Made by a program: the position numbers and the translations under genes. The notes under the pieces were generated by a model. It was not told the origin of the DNA. It worked only from the letters and a program-made list of their open reading frames with translations, and ran no database searches. 64,000 bases of DNA, taken from assembly GCA_051294905.1 (NCBI GenBank), contig CM119372.1, positions 9,426,001 to 9,490,000 of the forward strand. The letters are read 5' to 3'. This DNA is from Botryllus schlosseri (lineage: Eukaryota). This document shows, piece after piece, positions 46,301 through 59,313 of this stretch. Position 1 is the stretch's first letter; the number at the start of each line of letters is the position of its first letter.

Positions 46301-49300
46301 TTCCAATCAGCAGAGGCAAAACTGCAATATATATCGCTATGACTAAGCAAAGCATACATATAGGTATGTACTCTATGTCCATTTGAACATAGGCTACAAT
46401 TCTTAGATGGATGTGGGAAGGGGAGTTAACAAAGCTCAAGCGTCCCACCTTCTAATCTGGATTAAACTAATGCGGCATGGTCTTATTTCTGAATGTGACA
46501 GTGAAATGATGTAATTATGTCTAAAACAGCTGCTGCTTACCTCAATTACTGTATACATTTATAGCTTAAGGCTTATGGAAAGGTAGTATTTGGAATGAGC
46601 ATCGTGACGGAATATGACGTCATAGGTTCATGTTCACGTAATTGTGTTTATGCAGGCCAGAGTTCAGGGGTTTGTGCCATCTCTGATTTGTACCTTGGCA
46701 ATTTGTTTGCTTAACATCAAGAGCACTCTTCAAATCTTCTAATTAATGTGTTGCAAGTACGTCTATGAAACGTTGAAATTTGGTCGGCACTTTTTATGAT
46801 GTGCATGTGCAAAGTGCATACTGATGATAATAGCCTGCTCAATGCCACATTATCTTCCGCAGATAGTACTTTTACACTGCTAAAGAGCAATTCAAGGTTA
46901 TTACTCCATTTTCGAAGCTTGGAGAGTGCTATAGCGAAAGTGTAGTACTAGTGTTTCAGGCGGTTATCTCCCGACATGACATAATATCGTTTTGACAATA
47001 TAATAGAAATATTTTCACGTTTATTCAAACCCTCTTTGTTCGGTTGTATTCTATTTCTCCTAAACGACTGCTTCATGCCAATGAAATTTGTTCTTTTCAG
47101 AAATGTGAAGACTTGCGACGGATGGACCTCGAAGACTGCATCCTAGTATCAAATATTACATTAAGAACACTTGCCAGGCACTGCCCTCACCTTTCCGAAT
47201 TGGTAAGTTACTGACCAAGGTGGACGGTGCATGGTAATCGAGTAGATATAAATTTAAAACTCAATTACAAGTAGAAGAAGTGATTTCCTAGACCTGTGTA
47301 AACTACTTGCTATTGAAATCCGACATGGTCACAGGTCAAAAACTGTGCAGTGTTCACCTTTTCATAGCCACATCGTCATAACATTTTGAGAATATTATAT
47401 GCTCTGTGTACTGACTGCAGCAAATAGTATTGAACATAAACATCGTGCCACCTCACAAACCTAGCATTTTCCGGGCCTTATCGTTGGCTAGTTATTTGAA
47501 CTGATTTTTTAAATATTTCAACACATTTCAACTAAATCATTTTCGCAGACATTGTCTCATTGCGAACTAATAACGGACGACGGCATACGTGAACTCGGAC
47601 TAGGAGACTGCGCCACGGAAAACTTGCGGATTATCGAACTCGATAACTGCCCGTTGATCACCGATCTGAGCCTTGACAACTTGGTTACTTGCCAGGTAAC
47701 GGACTCTTCCTGCCGTGTATTTTTTCGCGGATATCAATTTTATTTGTTATTATGCGAATTGATGCTATGTAAGATAAAGCAGGATGAATGAGATATCTCA
47801 AGTATTTCGTTATCGGTATTTAAGTTACTTTTAACTTTACTTAGCATCCAGCTTCTTAATCTGTAGGTCGTGGGTTCAATCCCCAACCCAGTCAGACCTG
47901 ATACTCGACTGTATAACAACATTGTATAGCATAGAGCAGTGATTCTCAACCGGGGGTCCGCGGACTCCTGGGGGTTTGCGAAGCATTTTCAGAGGGTCCG
48001 CGAAACCATTAAATTTACAAAATGACTGATAACCAATTTGTGACTTTTTTAAATTAGGGATATCACGAAGCAGTTTCGCTTCAAAATTGCTAATGATTCA
48101 GTAAGCACATCAACAGAATGGCCAAATGAGATTAAAAATCCTACTTTGCAAACTCATTTTTACTGCCAATAGCCTACTGATACAAACACATTGCTGTTAA
48201 AAGATGTTTAGTTGAGTTTGTTGGAAATGGTTTTTCTAGTCTGTCTTGAAAAAGTGATTACAACCTCATTACAGAATCCATTTTCTTCTGTTACATGCAT
48301 AACCACTATTCCAGAATATCTTGAAGATGAGCTGCTATATGAAAATAACTATCTGGACTAGATACCTTCATTGAAAAATCTGTTTCTCAGTTTTGGTGCC
48401 ATATTTGTTGCGACTGTGCTCAAAGGTGTTGTCGGAAACGTCAGCCGTTAATATTATACATTCGCCGCCACTGTACCTTTGTGGAAATAGATTTTTGGCA
48501 CTTGTTCATATCAAATCGAACGTGTGAATTTTCATGACAGGACCAAATATTTCAAGACATAAGAAATTCAGCTGCAGTAGTCTGTTCGAAATAATGAAAG
48601 TCTACCCATATTTCTGCATATGGTATGATATTATTTTCAAGAACGGTCGTTTCGTTGCTGTTTATCACTAGCCTTGAGTTGGGGGGTAGGGTCCGCGAGG
48701 ACAGAAAGGTCGAGAACCACTGGCATAGAGAGTAAAAGGGCGGTTCCTTCTCATCTCCATCGTCAAAGCATCTCGACTGCCTGCCGCCCAAGCGAACATG
48801 GTCAATTTACCAATCGTTTTTAGGGCCGTGTCAAGCTAGAATAGCAATTCTGGCGTTAAGTCCGGTAGCTAATTCCTGGTCTCATTATATCTTGCAGAAT
48901 CTTGAGCGTATTGAACTTTACGATTGTCAATTGATTACAAGAGGTGGTATCAAGCGCCTTAAGGTAGGGGATGGTTTTGTGTTGATTTTTGGCGATTTCT
49001 AAGCGAAATGCCGTTTCGTGATATTTGAAATTCTGCATTCTTCGGTGATGTCTGACGGGCGGATTGCGCCTCTATGATCGCCTGTGTCTTGTGGCCGTTT
49101 TATTGAGCTGTGTTGCAACTCGCAATATCATTGAGACTGCATGGGTGTCGACCGATATTTTTCAATGCTATTTTAGGTCGCTTGTGTTTGACAATGTATT
49201 GCATTTACTATGTTTTGTATTTACCGCTCGACTAGAAAACCTTGTTATGCTTTTGTGCGGTGTGCATTTTTGAAAACTCTTGCTGTTGCCAATGAACAGC

Positions 49301-51666
49301 ATATTCATGTTGAAATGAACCCGAATATTTTCAGCTGACACTGGTCAGGGTAATAGTCAGCGACTAGTAGAGAATTGGAAAGAACATTGTCTTATCACAA
49401 AATGAAGTCACCTGCATGAAATTTTCAATAATAGGGTGGAAGAGAGAACGCTCAAGCTTAGTGTACTATTTTTAGATGGTACACGAACTCCCGACAATTG
49501 TATATTGAAGTCCTGTATCCCCAAGAAGCACGATGTTTCTTGTTATTTTTCCAACTTGAGTTTTGAATATATTGAATATTGATCGGATTTACTGCTGTTA
49601 TTGTTATCTTAATTAAACGCGAAAACTTCTAGCGACCTGAATGGATACTTGTCTTGAACAAATATCTGCTCGCATGCATTTGTCAATCCTTTAATTCTCT
49701 GAGCTTGTTTTCGGTGAGTGTATAATAATCTTTGCATTGTTTGCTTGCATGTATTTCATCTATTGATGGTATCAAATGGTGTTACATACTCGGTGGCTGA
49801 TTGTTTGAATCTCTAACGTATTCATTGGATTCTCCGTGGTCCCCGGAACTGCCAAGTTAATTTAACTGTTAGGTGTCGGGTGGGATCTGATGTAAATTGC
49901 TGCACTCTTTTCGTTTATATCAGGGGTTTCCAACCTGGGGCTATAAGCCTTTTTCAGGGGGGGATTAAAAAATTTACTATCTCCTAGTCTACTCGACCAT
50001 AACAAAAGAGATTATTTAAAATACTGTTTGGGCAATAAGATAGGCCTGCTTCTTCATCTTGACTGTACTTTCTTGGTTTTACAATGGCTGCCCTTGCTAA
50101 AAGAAGGAGGTATGATGAAAGTTTTCTTGAGCTTTGCAAAGCTATCGTGTTCATTGGGGGCATTTATATCATATCATTCTAACCCGGTTACTGTATAAAC
50201 CAGTTTCAAAAGTTTTAAAAAAATTGGGGAGGGGGTGCTATTGATTTTTGACAATTTTCAAGAGGGCCTCTGTGTAAAAAAGGTTGGGAGCCCATGGTTT
50301 ATATCATGATAATTTCATCGGTTGCGTCGTTACATCGCTGACGTTGGTTCTCTACGTTTTTATTTCATGTGCACGACCGGACCCTTCACGTCGGACACGA
50401 AACAAATTTCAACAATGATTGCACGCTCGTCTCGGTTACTCACACTTGATTTGTAACATGCATGAATGTCGCTGTATATTTTTTTGCCGATCGTAGAACA
50501 ATCTGAAAAACGTCGATGTGAAAATTTACTTCACCCCGCCGACCCCGGTATCTGTACCTGACGCTGACCCGGTGGTGGAGGTTCAGCCCGAGTGGCCCGG
50601 CAACTGCTGCTGTTGCCGGGTTTCGTGAAGTCGTTTTGAGACATCTCAATTTCAAGCGAGATGACATTGTTTACTTCCCTTACGTTGAAGGCGCATTCTT
50701 GTATGCGTTGTTTGTAGTAACTTTCCCATATGCATCAGTTTGAAAACTTGTAAGGGATTTGTCCAATCGAGATTTTAGAAGTTTGTTTTGCACTGATTTC
50801 ATGATTTTTCCACCTTTGATATCATTTCGATTGCGTCGAAACTCTGTTATTTTTGTTGCTGGAGCTAGATTCAAATATTCTTGCACTGTTGATTGAAATA
50901 TGTTCGCTTAATCATATCATATGTGATTTGTATCGAAGTGAAACGCTTGCCATCCAGCAATGGTAGTAAATACATCAATGTTTGCGTGACTTGACCTTTA
51001 TCACTCACATTAATGTTATTATATTGCATACCAATTTTATGGGTATTGGTCAGGATGGTTCAAATATACAAAAGATAGATGTGACTTGTGAGTCTAAATT
51101 CTGGCATGCTTCAATCCTCGCTTATAACTTGCAATGTGTATTGTGCATGTTCTGATTAATTTTAATGAAATTTGATAATGTATGACAATGACCTGGATGC
51201 GATAATCCACCATGGTGACATTAATTTAATGGCTTTGTCTTTCATAATTGCTTGAATGGCGCTCGTGCTGCTGATCATTTCATCGCCGTTGTTTTCTTTC
51301 TGCATACTGTGTGTAAATAATCATGCTGCTCTTTAACATATTTTGCGTTTGATGCAAGTGCGCGCTTCCATGTCTATCTTTTGTTTTACCGAACAATCAC
51401 CAGTCTTTTATTGAATGTGCATTTGGCACGGCTGCTGTTTCGCGATACATTGCTGCGAAAGTCGAACATTTTTGCGCTGTGCTCTTCTCAGTTTAGTACG
51501 TTTTTTTGCCATTGATCGTTCTGTAACTCCGTTGCATCCTCAGAACCATCTGCCACGTCTTCGCGTCCACGCGTACTTTGCTCCGATATCTCCCCGCGAG
51601 TCGGTAGAAATTCGGCATCATCACGGCCGACGGAGAAGATACTGCCGATGCTGCACCATCTTGTGA
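34392..51666 (+). CDS. FBXL20: F-box/LRR-repeat protein FBXL2/FBXL20 orthologue
   Basis: Exons 34392-34586 (non-conserved N-terminus, less certain), 36088-36195, 37575-37658, 38373-38536, 39427-39522, 43208-43334, 43472-43546, 45037-45228, 47101-47202, 47549-47695, 48898-48963, 51544-51666. All GT-AG and phase-compatible. F-box LPRELLLKIFSFLDIVTLCRCAQVSKSWNQLALDGSNWQ, Cys-containing LRRs, C-terminus VHAYFAP...YCRCCTIL*. Confidence 0.93.
35168..35460. mobile_element. hAT (Blackjack-like) MITE, copy 2
   Basis: Same TIR and body as 18885-19267; flanking repeat CCTTAGCA. Confidence 0.9.
41111..42393 (+). mobile_element. hAT deletion derivative with dimerisation-domain relic
   Basis: TSD CATGAGAG/CATGAGGG; CCGGTTAACCGG and ATCCGGAT subterminal motifs; 42031-42150 encodes LTIQPTSVEAERALNARGLFVTKFRSRLQDAAIDALCFIR (hAT C-terminal TSV..ER.F motif). 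Confidence 0.85.
43666..44493. mobile_element. hAT (Buster-type) MITE
   Basis: TIR CAGGGGCGGGCAAC; TSD CGCTACGG/TGCTACGG. Confidence 0.88.
47937..48722 (+). mobile_element. hAT (Charlie/Buster-type) deletion derivative
   Basis: TIR CAGTG(A/G)TTCTC(A/G)ACC; perfect TSD GCATAGAG; degraded transposase C-terminal relics (LQNPF..., YLCG..., ALVHIKS). Confidence 0.88.
49921..50296 (+). mobile_element. hAT (Charlie-type) MITE
   Basis: Imperfect TIRs CAGGGGTTTCCAACC / GGTTGGGAGCCCATG; perfect TSD GTTTATAT; N-terminal relic MAALAKRRRYDESFLE. Confidence 0.85.
50497..50628 (+). CDS. FBXL20: Alternative terminal exon of FBXL2/20 (CRVS isoform)
   Basis: Acceptor TTTTTTTGCCGATCGTAG|; phase 0 like the donor at 48963; NNLKNVDVKIYFTPPTPVSVPDADPVVEVQPEWPGNCCCCRVS* aligns with the canonical last exon NHLPRLRVHAYFAPISP... 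and ends in a CaaX box. Confidence 0.78.
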   Translation, partial: NNLKNVDVKIYFTPPTPVSVPDADPVVEVQPEWPGNCCCCRVS

Positions 51667-54600
51667 CGACTCGATGATTCGGAGTTGATATTACAGATTA
51701 CAACTAGTGGCGTTATCGAAAATTGATTTTACGCATCGTATTGCGTTGCTACGCACTGATGTTGAGCTTTGTTTATGTATTTTGCGTGACGATGACACGA
51801 TTCGAGTTTACCATTTTAAGTCTTGTGGCCTTACCAGGTCTTTTGCTTTCAATATTCCTGACGCGATTTGACTCGGGATCAAGTTTACAGTCTTGATTGT
51901 TCTCTGGGGCTATCATGTGCACTCTGTGATTACTGCCGATAAGACAGTTGGTTGAGTTTCCTTGCAATTTTGCGTGCGGAGTACTTGCTAAATTGTGCAA
52001 GCCCAGTATTTAGTTGTTTTCAAGCCTTTCATTGTACTCTTCTTTTATACTCCTTGTTAACTTCGCTGCATCGACTCAATCGTGATATCATTTTGTCTTT
52101 GGATGAAATAATGTAATGCAAGATAAGGCTTTGTTATCGTGTCCTTAATGTTACAACCGATTCGGACAATGAATTTTGAATAATGGAAGATTTTGTTTAG
52201 TGTCCTTGCTACTGCTATATTGAATGAATTCACTAGCAGGTTCACAAGCAGTTATTTAACCTTTTGTTGCATGACACATTTCTTGAAGCAATATTGTGCC
52301 ATTCTTTGTTTCGAGCGGTCGCTCGTAACTACTATTATAATCTGGTACAAGCCTGTGATTCCACTTCGGTGAAGTTTGGGACGTCAATTATATTTTGACT
52401 TAGTTTTGATGTCCTTTGGCATTCTGATCAGTTTTACCTTGCTGCCACTGTTGAGCCCCGCAGTATTGTAGTGTCAAATTGCTACTTGGTTTGCCTCGAG
52501 TAGTAAACCATGCGTTACATATCTTCTGCGTTTGTTTTCGTGCACTGATATGATAGCCAGTGTATAACAGACTTTTGCTCTTGCACGGTAACTCCACAAT
52601 TTAGATATAACTCGGTTTCAACTTGCAAGTTGGGTAGGATGCTTTAAATAATGAAAGACAACTACCGGATGGCTGGTGTAGCGATTAGTATGTAGCGCGA
52701 CTCAATTCTCAAAGTCAAGACCTGAATGCAACTGTGAAATTATTAGATTTAAGGTTTCCTTAGTGTAGGTCACTATAGCTGAATCCCGTGTATTGCTGAC
52801 TACCAAATATGCATCTAGGGGGATTGGGTTCGGTATAGCAAAGATCTAGACTATTATGACAGTTATCATACTGTCGGGAAACTTTCACAGCCCACAAGGG
52901 TCATTTCCTGTGTGCAGCGGCCTATATTGGTACCAGTATGTATTTGTTGACATTATGTTTACATGTGAGATGTGGCACACATCCAGTGGATTTGTATGTA
53001 TCTATATTTGTCGGTAGTTTGTTGCTGTACTATTGGTAATCTGATTCCATGTGTCCTGTGAAGAATCTTTCCATTAATACAATGTTTACAGTTGTGGTAT
53101 GGTAGATTGGATGCAGACTGGTGGGTAATTCTGACGCGAGCCAGTGGTGATGTCTGTCAGTCATTCAAGCGGATGTTATTAAATGCCCATTGACTTTGAG
53201 TTAGTTTTATGTTGCATTCATTCAGTTCTTCCAATTTCCATGTCTTAGTCTATATTTGAATTACTTGCTTCATAACTATCTCTGTATAGGTACTTCTTAG
53301 GTTTTGCGCAGTACAAATTTTCAGCACATACATACAGTGGTGTCGATTTCAAGGATCCTACTCCAGTTGATCTCGACTAGTAGATATTATGCTCGGAAAT
53401 TTACTGAAAGTAACTGGAAGTTACGAATGATTAAAGGGGTCGTGCAAGAAAAATCGTTACTTGACGTGATGACATAACCATCTGCACGTAGCAGATGAAA
53501 ATGATCTGTTTATTTCTCATCCACGCTGATCAGCAATCCCTTGAAATAGTGGTATCATATAGCAAAGATTCCTTGGCTTCCCAATCACAAAGATGCATGG
53601 TTTGAAGTTCCAGCTACAATGGCGTTTGAAAGGAATGCTGCTGGAAACACTGACTGTGACACTGTTAGGTAACTTGGGACCCTTGATTATCCCATGACTG
53701 TAAATGCTTCTCTGTCGAAATTGGTTTTAATTTCGTTTTGATTTGACTTATTTCGGTCATCAGTGCACAACTAAATAATAGGCATGCACATTGAATGAAC
53801 AACGGTAACTGAAGATAACATAAAATGACAAGTCATTGAAATGAAATGGTATGTGATGCAGGCAAAGTCGAATAGTGGTCTGGTAAACTTAAACACTGAC
53901 TAGTGTATTAAATAAATTCTGTTTGTGTTTCAAGTTGATTGTGGGGTGAATATGCGAGATACTGTTCCTCAGTCATGGTCCGTCGCACTCGAGGACCGAT
54001 AAGCCAACATAACTATTTGATTTCATTCATTGATTATTATCTGGTCTTTTAAAATGATACATGATCGCAAGATTACAGAAAGAAAAGGGTATCATAGGGA
54101 TGCAATTGAAGTCCAGTAATTAGAAACTTAAGACACATTTGCGAGAGCTATTTCTGTACTGCCTACTCCTGGCACAAGCGCACGTTAGTTTCAGATCTGT
54201 GTGGCAATGAGGACTAGAGCAACATGATAGTAATCCCTTATGAGAAAGAGTTGATCAGACTAATGACATCAGCTGGGCCTGACCAGCAACAATAGGGTGT
54301 CACCAAAACGGAGTTATGCTGATCTAGGGTTGAAATGAATTGGTTGTCTCTATCGCGAGGCACAAAAGCAACAAAAGTGTGAACCGGATGACTCAAATTA
54401 AATGTATTCCGGATAAGCATGAATGGTATTCAATCTGAGACTCTGTTGCCAAATTCCTCAATTACAACTACGTTGACTCGAAAGATCTGATATGATGAAG
54501 CTATCCATTCAAATATAAACACAATTACTATGTCTTCTACACCATGCATTTCAGATTTAATAATGCGGGAACACGATCCATGTAAATGATTGTAATTCTT

Positions 54601-55068
54601 GAGTAGGCTCTAGGCAGTATTGCATATCATGTAATCGAGTAAAAAACATCAGTGTCGAATGAGTTGTACAGACTTTGTAAAAAAGAAATTACCATGAGGC
54701 ATTTTTCTCCATCAATGACGGATAGAATATCATTGAATTTGATGCGATCAAGATATATAATGGATTGGATGTTCAAGCCATAATTTCATCCAACAAGATG
54801 ACTGCTAGGCCCAGTGATAGGATTTAGCACAGACCATTCACACTTGATTTCATTTTCACAATGAATGAACGCATTTCCACTGAAGGGCACAAGGCAGCAA
54901 TCGAAGCATTGGAGCACACAGTAACCAATCTGGGTTTACCATTCAGAATCTAAATAATCTGCAACTGTAGGCTACGTAGCCTACCCACACTAAGCACACC
55001 ACCACCATCTTCAAAACATTTTCAATATCCATGCCACGACTACAATCAAAGCTCTCGTTCACTATGCA

Positions 55069-56283
55069 TCATAATTCCTTTGGCTCGATGGATCTCTGGC
55101 CTGAATTTGACAAATAATCCATCAAATTACCAACACCTGCACATGTATTGCTAAACACCCAGTCACCAGACGCCTTGACAAGTAAACTAATCCTATAAAA
55201 TCCGTATGTGGCTATTGCACCTAGAACAAGTTTAGTCACGATTCCAACAATCTTGCTGGATTTTGAACGTTTCGGGATCTCAGTTATCTTATCCATTTCC
55301 TCAGAGGTTATTTCACGATTGAAATGCTCTGCGACGCCAGCCGCATGTCCTAAGCCAACAACCCCAACCACCACGGGTGGAGCCAAGCCGTCATTTGCAC
55401 GTGCACCCATATCGCACGCGGCCTGCATGGACTTAGCCAAGTAGATGTCTCTCTCCGCTAGGAATACTTCCGACAGTTGAGGGAATTCTCCCATCATCTC
55501 TTCCAGAGCTTGTTCTAACAGGTCCTTCTTTTTCAGTTTCTCAATATCCTCTGGTTTAATGGGACCAAGATCTTTTAACGCGTGAAACGCAAATTTCAAT
55601 CTTTGCCACATAGGCAACTCAGCGAACGCTCGCTGCAATGTTATTCCCACGGCTCGATCTCCATACATGATAACGCAACCAGGAATGCGACAAGCTTCAT
55701 GATAAGCAGTTCGAAACTCGCTGCCCGGAGCCATGCCTAATTGTTTTGTTATGTGTGCTGACATGTGCAAAAGAAAGAACGTCATGAGCCCAGATAGGAC
55801 GCCTTTGCTTCGAATTTGGTGCAAAATCTTTGATGAATCTATCTCTCCAGCTAATTCGATGAGTGTCTTTTCATCATTGTGTATTATATCTGTCCTACTG
55901 CGACATAATTCAATCACAACTACATCAGGTTGAGCGTCACGGATAACTTTTCGTACCTCATCGCAACTTTCAGTGCTGAAGTGAGCAGTTCCGATTAAAT
56001 ACACTTTCTCTCCGTTGTTGCCGTGCAAAATAGTAACTATGTGCGGTAATTTGTCTTCCTCAACATTTCTGCTTGCAATGCGGCTTTCGATTGCGATTCT
56101 TCGTAAACGATCGTCGACGCTTGGCGACATGTTGTCTTGTTCATCATCGTCAATGTCTTCCCAGTTTTCATCTTCGGAATCTGGGTATTTGTCGTCCTCC
56201 GATGCATCTAACGCGTTCTCTTCAACATTGTTGTCCTTACTTCTGTCACCATCTTCTAGTTGTGTTTCCGTCTGTTCATCCAT
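55069..56283 (-). CDS. TRABD: TraB domain-containing protein (TRABD), single coding exon
   Basis: VYLIGTAHFS, QPDVVVIELC, SAHITKQLGMAPGSEFR, GDR, ERD and VVGVVGLGH motifs plus a C-terminal hydrophobic segment match metazoan TRABD. Likely start ATG 56283 after acceptor TTCTTTCACAG (about 56334); in-frame ATG 56373 is an alternative. Confidence 0.93.
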   Translation of the reverse strand: MDEQTETQLEDGDRSKDNNVEENALDASEDDKYPDSEDENWEDIDDDEQDNMSPSVDDRLRRIAIESRIASRNVEEDKLPHIVTILHGNNGEKVYLIGTAHFSTESCDEVRKVIRDAQPDVVVIELCRSRTDIIHNDEKTLIELAGEIDSSKILHQIRSKGVLSGLMTFFLLHMSAHITKQLGMAPGSEFRTAYHEACRIPGCVIMYGDRAVGITLQRAFAELPMWQRLKFAFHALKDLGPIKPEDIEKLKKKDLLEQALEEMMGEFPQLSEVFLAERDIYLAKSMQAACDMGARANDGLAPPVVVGVVGLGHAAGVAEHFNREITSEEMDKITEIPKRSKSSKIVGIVTKLVLGAIATYGFYRISLLVKASGDWVFSNTCAGVGNLMDYLSNSGQRSIEPKEL

Positions 56284-58009
56284 CAACACACTCTTGTCGC
56301 TCTTATAAGGTAGGGAATTTACACAACCAAATCCTGTGAAAGAATACAGTTTGTTTTTGTCACAAAAGGCCATTTCATATTCTATAGAAACTAGAAACGT
56401 TTGTCGAGCTTCAGAAAACAATGATCATGAAAAACGTAACAGAATACAGGTCTGAACAGTGAACAGGTATCTGAGCACAGTGGGATGAAGATCCAACATA
56501 TTGGAATCCAAATTCAAGATCACTGAACATCCATTTATTTTCAAACCCCAGCAGGCTGTGTCATTAATAATTCCATTCTTGGTCCCTGCTTGTCTTTATC
56601 TCAGGCTTTCCATAATGTTGGCCGCAGTCCATCGAGACACATTTGATTGCCAATATAATACATACCGGTTGTTTCGTTCCTTTCTATTTATTTTTATATC
56701 ACGCAATCAATTGGGGTAAGAATAAGAAGTTGAATCAGCTAGCAAGTTTTGTACCAAGGACTAATAGTTATACTTGGAACGACAATGGACATATAGCTAC
56801 CTACAGATAAGACAACTGGATGCGATTTTCACAAGATTGTTAAATGCAGAAATTCCGAAAATTACATGCACACGTTATAGTATAGAAATACCTGAAAATT
56901 TCCAACCATATGCTCTATTTCATGCATGCTGTTCAAAGATCCTGTTAACCGTCCAAGCTGTTCTATTTCCTGTCTCGATTCAGCGTGGTTTTAAGTTTAA
57001 CATGGTTTTTCTATCGTAATAATAATGGCAGTGTAGAGACTGCACTGTCTCTATAATGGCAGGATGACAGAACATGATACTTCCGGTATTGAATGACAGC
57101 AACCATGCAGCAACAGTTCTGGACTGTAATGGATTTGAAAATCCGGTTTCGGGTTGACGATTCGAATCCAGATCCAAATGCATTAAAGGTCAACTGCATC
57201 TTAAAAATGACTTTGCCTTATATCGTACGTTATGTGGTCAGGAATATGAATAAAATAATAAAAATTGAAATTACATGATAGTTTTCAAGTAATTTAAATT
57301 ATAAATCGAAAAGCTGAAAAACGGATATGAAATCATTCAGCTATGAAATGACGTCATGTGAGTGACACCATAGTGTCCTATATGGTGTCGACATAAGCAA
57401 ATCGCACGGTTCAATGAAATTGTATCACGTCACAGTTTCCATTTGGCTACAGGCAATTTGACGGTGATTTTTGACCGGCTTGCCGAGCATTAAATTTGAT
57501 GAATCGGGTATCAATCAAAAGCCGACTCTGCACTGATTACGAAAATATAAATTTTATTCCGCTCGCGGCCCTGGAACCCCCACAATCAGCCCCCAATTAT
57601 TCATTGTCGAGTAGATTGGCAGTGTGACGCAACAATGCTGTCTGGCGAAACGAGAGACTAGCTCAAGAGCAAGGATGCGGCCGAGCGGCGAGAGTTGGAT
57701 CAGCTGACTTCGCGGCAATAGCGATGTGCAAACGCGCCACAGAGAAACGCTGCGCTGTTGATACTTTTTCTATGCGTTTCGGTACAAGCGAGCACACACC
57801 AGCCTTTCCTTGACTTGTAAGGGTAGAACTGGGTCCACAGAATGTATTAGGGCCCTACCAATTTTCGCGCAATATCCTTCAGCTGATAAAGCTATGTAGG
57901 CTACGTCTAAGTAGTCTACATTGGATGTGTCAGATTATTATGATATCGATTGCCTTAGCCCGCTTGTTGCGTAGAGCTCCAGAGATGCGTGGCGATAGTG
58001 CTGCATTCA

Positions 58010-58170
58010 TTTTTGTCGCTTACTTTTATGTTATCTTTTCTTTTATCCAGTGTGCCTGATTTAGGCCAACGTGGGTGGCTGATTAAAATACTAATCCAAG
58101 TCGTTTCGGCATCCTCCTATCTTTTCATTATATCGCAATCATGTGGTGTATAGAGTTTGATAAAAAAAAA
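58010..58170 (+). repeat. Family C retroposon-like repeat
   Basis: Homologous to 5970-6160. Confidence 0.65.
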
Positions 58171-59313
58171 TGATGATGAGGCTACAGCTGTAAACGATTA
58201 TTATGATGAAACTATGTATTGAATTTGAAAACTTGGGTTACAGGCTGGATTAGGAGCAGAATTTCATTTCGATTTAGAAATGGTATTTTTTTCTTCAATT
58301 TCCAGGCTAATCTTGAATAAAATTTCAGTCATTGCCGGATTTGGGCTTGGATTTGAATCGTAGGTCCAGATTAGGATTTGAATTTCGATATAATAAAATC
58401 CGCTCCGCTATCTCTGCTGGCCCCGTGGATATACTCAGATATCGCAGATATCGCAGGTATCGCAGATATCGCAGATATCACTACTGTGGATATACTCAGA
58501 TATCGCAGATATCATTGTGGATATACTCAGATATCGCAGATATCAACAAAAACCGCAGACATCGAGGTCATATAAAGGTCACGCTTCGTTTAGAGCGCAG
58601 ATATCAAGTCTTAAGCATGTCTAGGTCGATTCAGTGCGCAGATATCAGGTCCGGACCATGTCTGGGGGAATTTTGAGTGCAGATATCAGCTCCGGAGCAT
58701 GTCCGAATAAAAATAGTGCGCAGATATCAGGTATGGACCATACATGGATTCTTTTGGTGTGCAGATATCAGCTCCGGAGCATGTCCGAATACAAATAGTG
58801 CGCAGATATCAGGTCTGGACCATACATGGATTCTTTGGTGCGCAGATATCAGCTCCGGAGCATGTCCGAATACAAATAGTGCGCAGATATCAGATCTGGA
58901 CCATAGCTGGATTCTTTTGGTGCGCAGATATCAGGTCCGGACCATACCTGGATTCTTTTGGTGCGCAGATATCAGCTCCGGAGCATGTCCGAATAAAAAT
59001 AGTGCGCAGATATCAGGTCTAGACCATACCTGGCGCTGTTTCCTGCATAGATATCAGGTCCGCAGCATGTCTGACGCCAAGCGATACGCAGATATCAGAC
59101 CCGGAGTATGTCTGGATACAAATATTTGGCAGATGTCAGGTTTGGACCATCCCTGAGCGTATTTCTTTGGTCGATATCAACTCCACATCATGTCTGGATG
59201 GAAATGGTCAGGCCTGGTCACTGGTCAGAGCTGACCAGTAACAAACCACTTACAGTTATTTTGGAGTCCTCAGGCAGATTTTGCCTGCTTGCATCACTTA
59301 GGCTACTCTAGTG

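Noticed and set aside
49064..49273. ORF in the last FBXL intron as a third terminal exon
   Set aside because: No similarity to the terminal exons, no CaaX box and no phase-compatible acceptor giving a meaningful peptide.
55069..56421. Bacterial TraB / horizontal transfer or contamination
   Set aside because: Motifs match metazoan TRABD closely. The TTG start at 56421 in the ORF track is unlikely in a eukaryote.
58600..59150. Regularly spaced 15-bp repeat with 26-bp 'spacers' resembling a CRISPR array
   Set aside because: The spacers are themselves repeated (A/B types), there are no cas genes, the context is eukaryotic, and the array is part of a TIR mirrored at 61476-62233.
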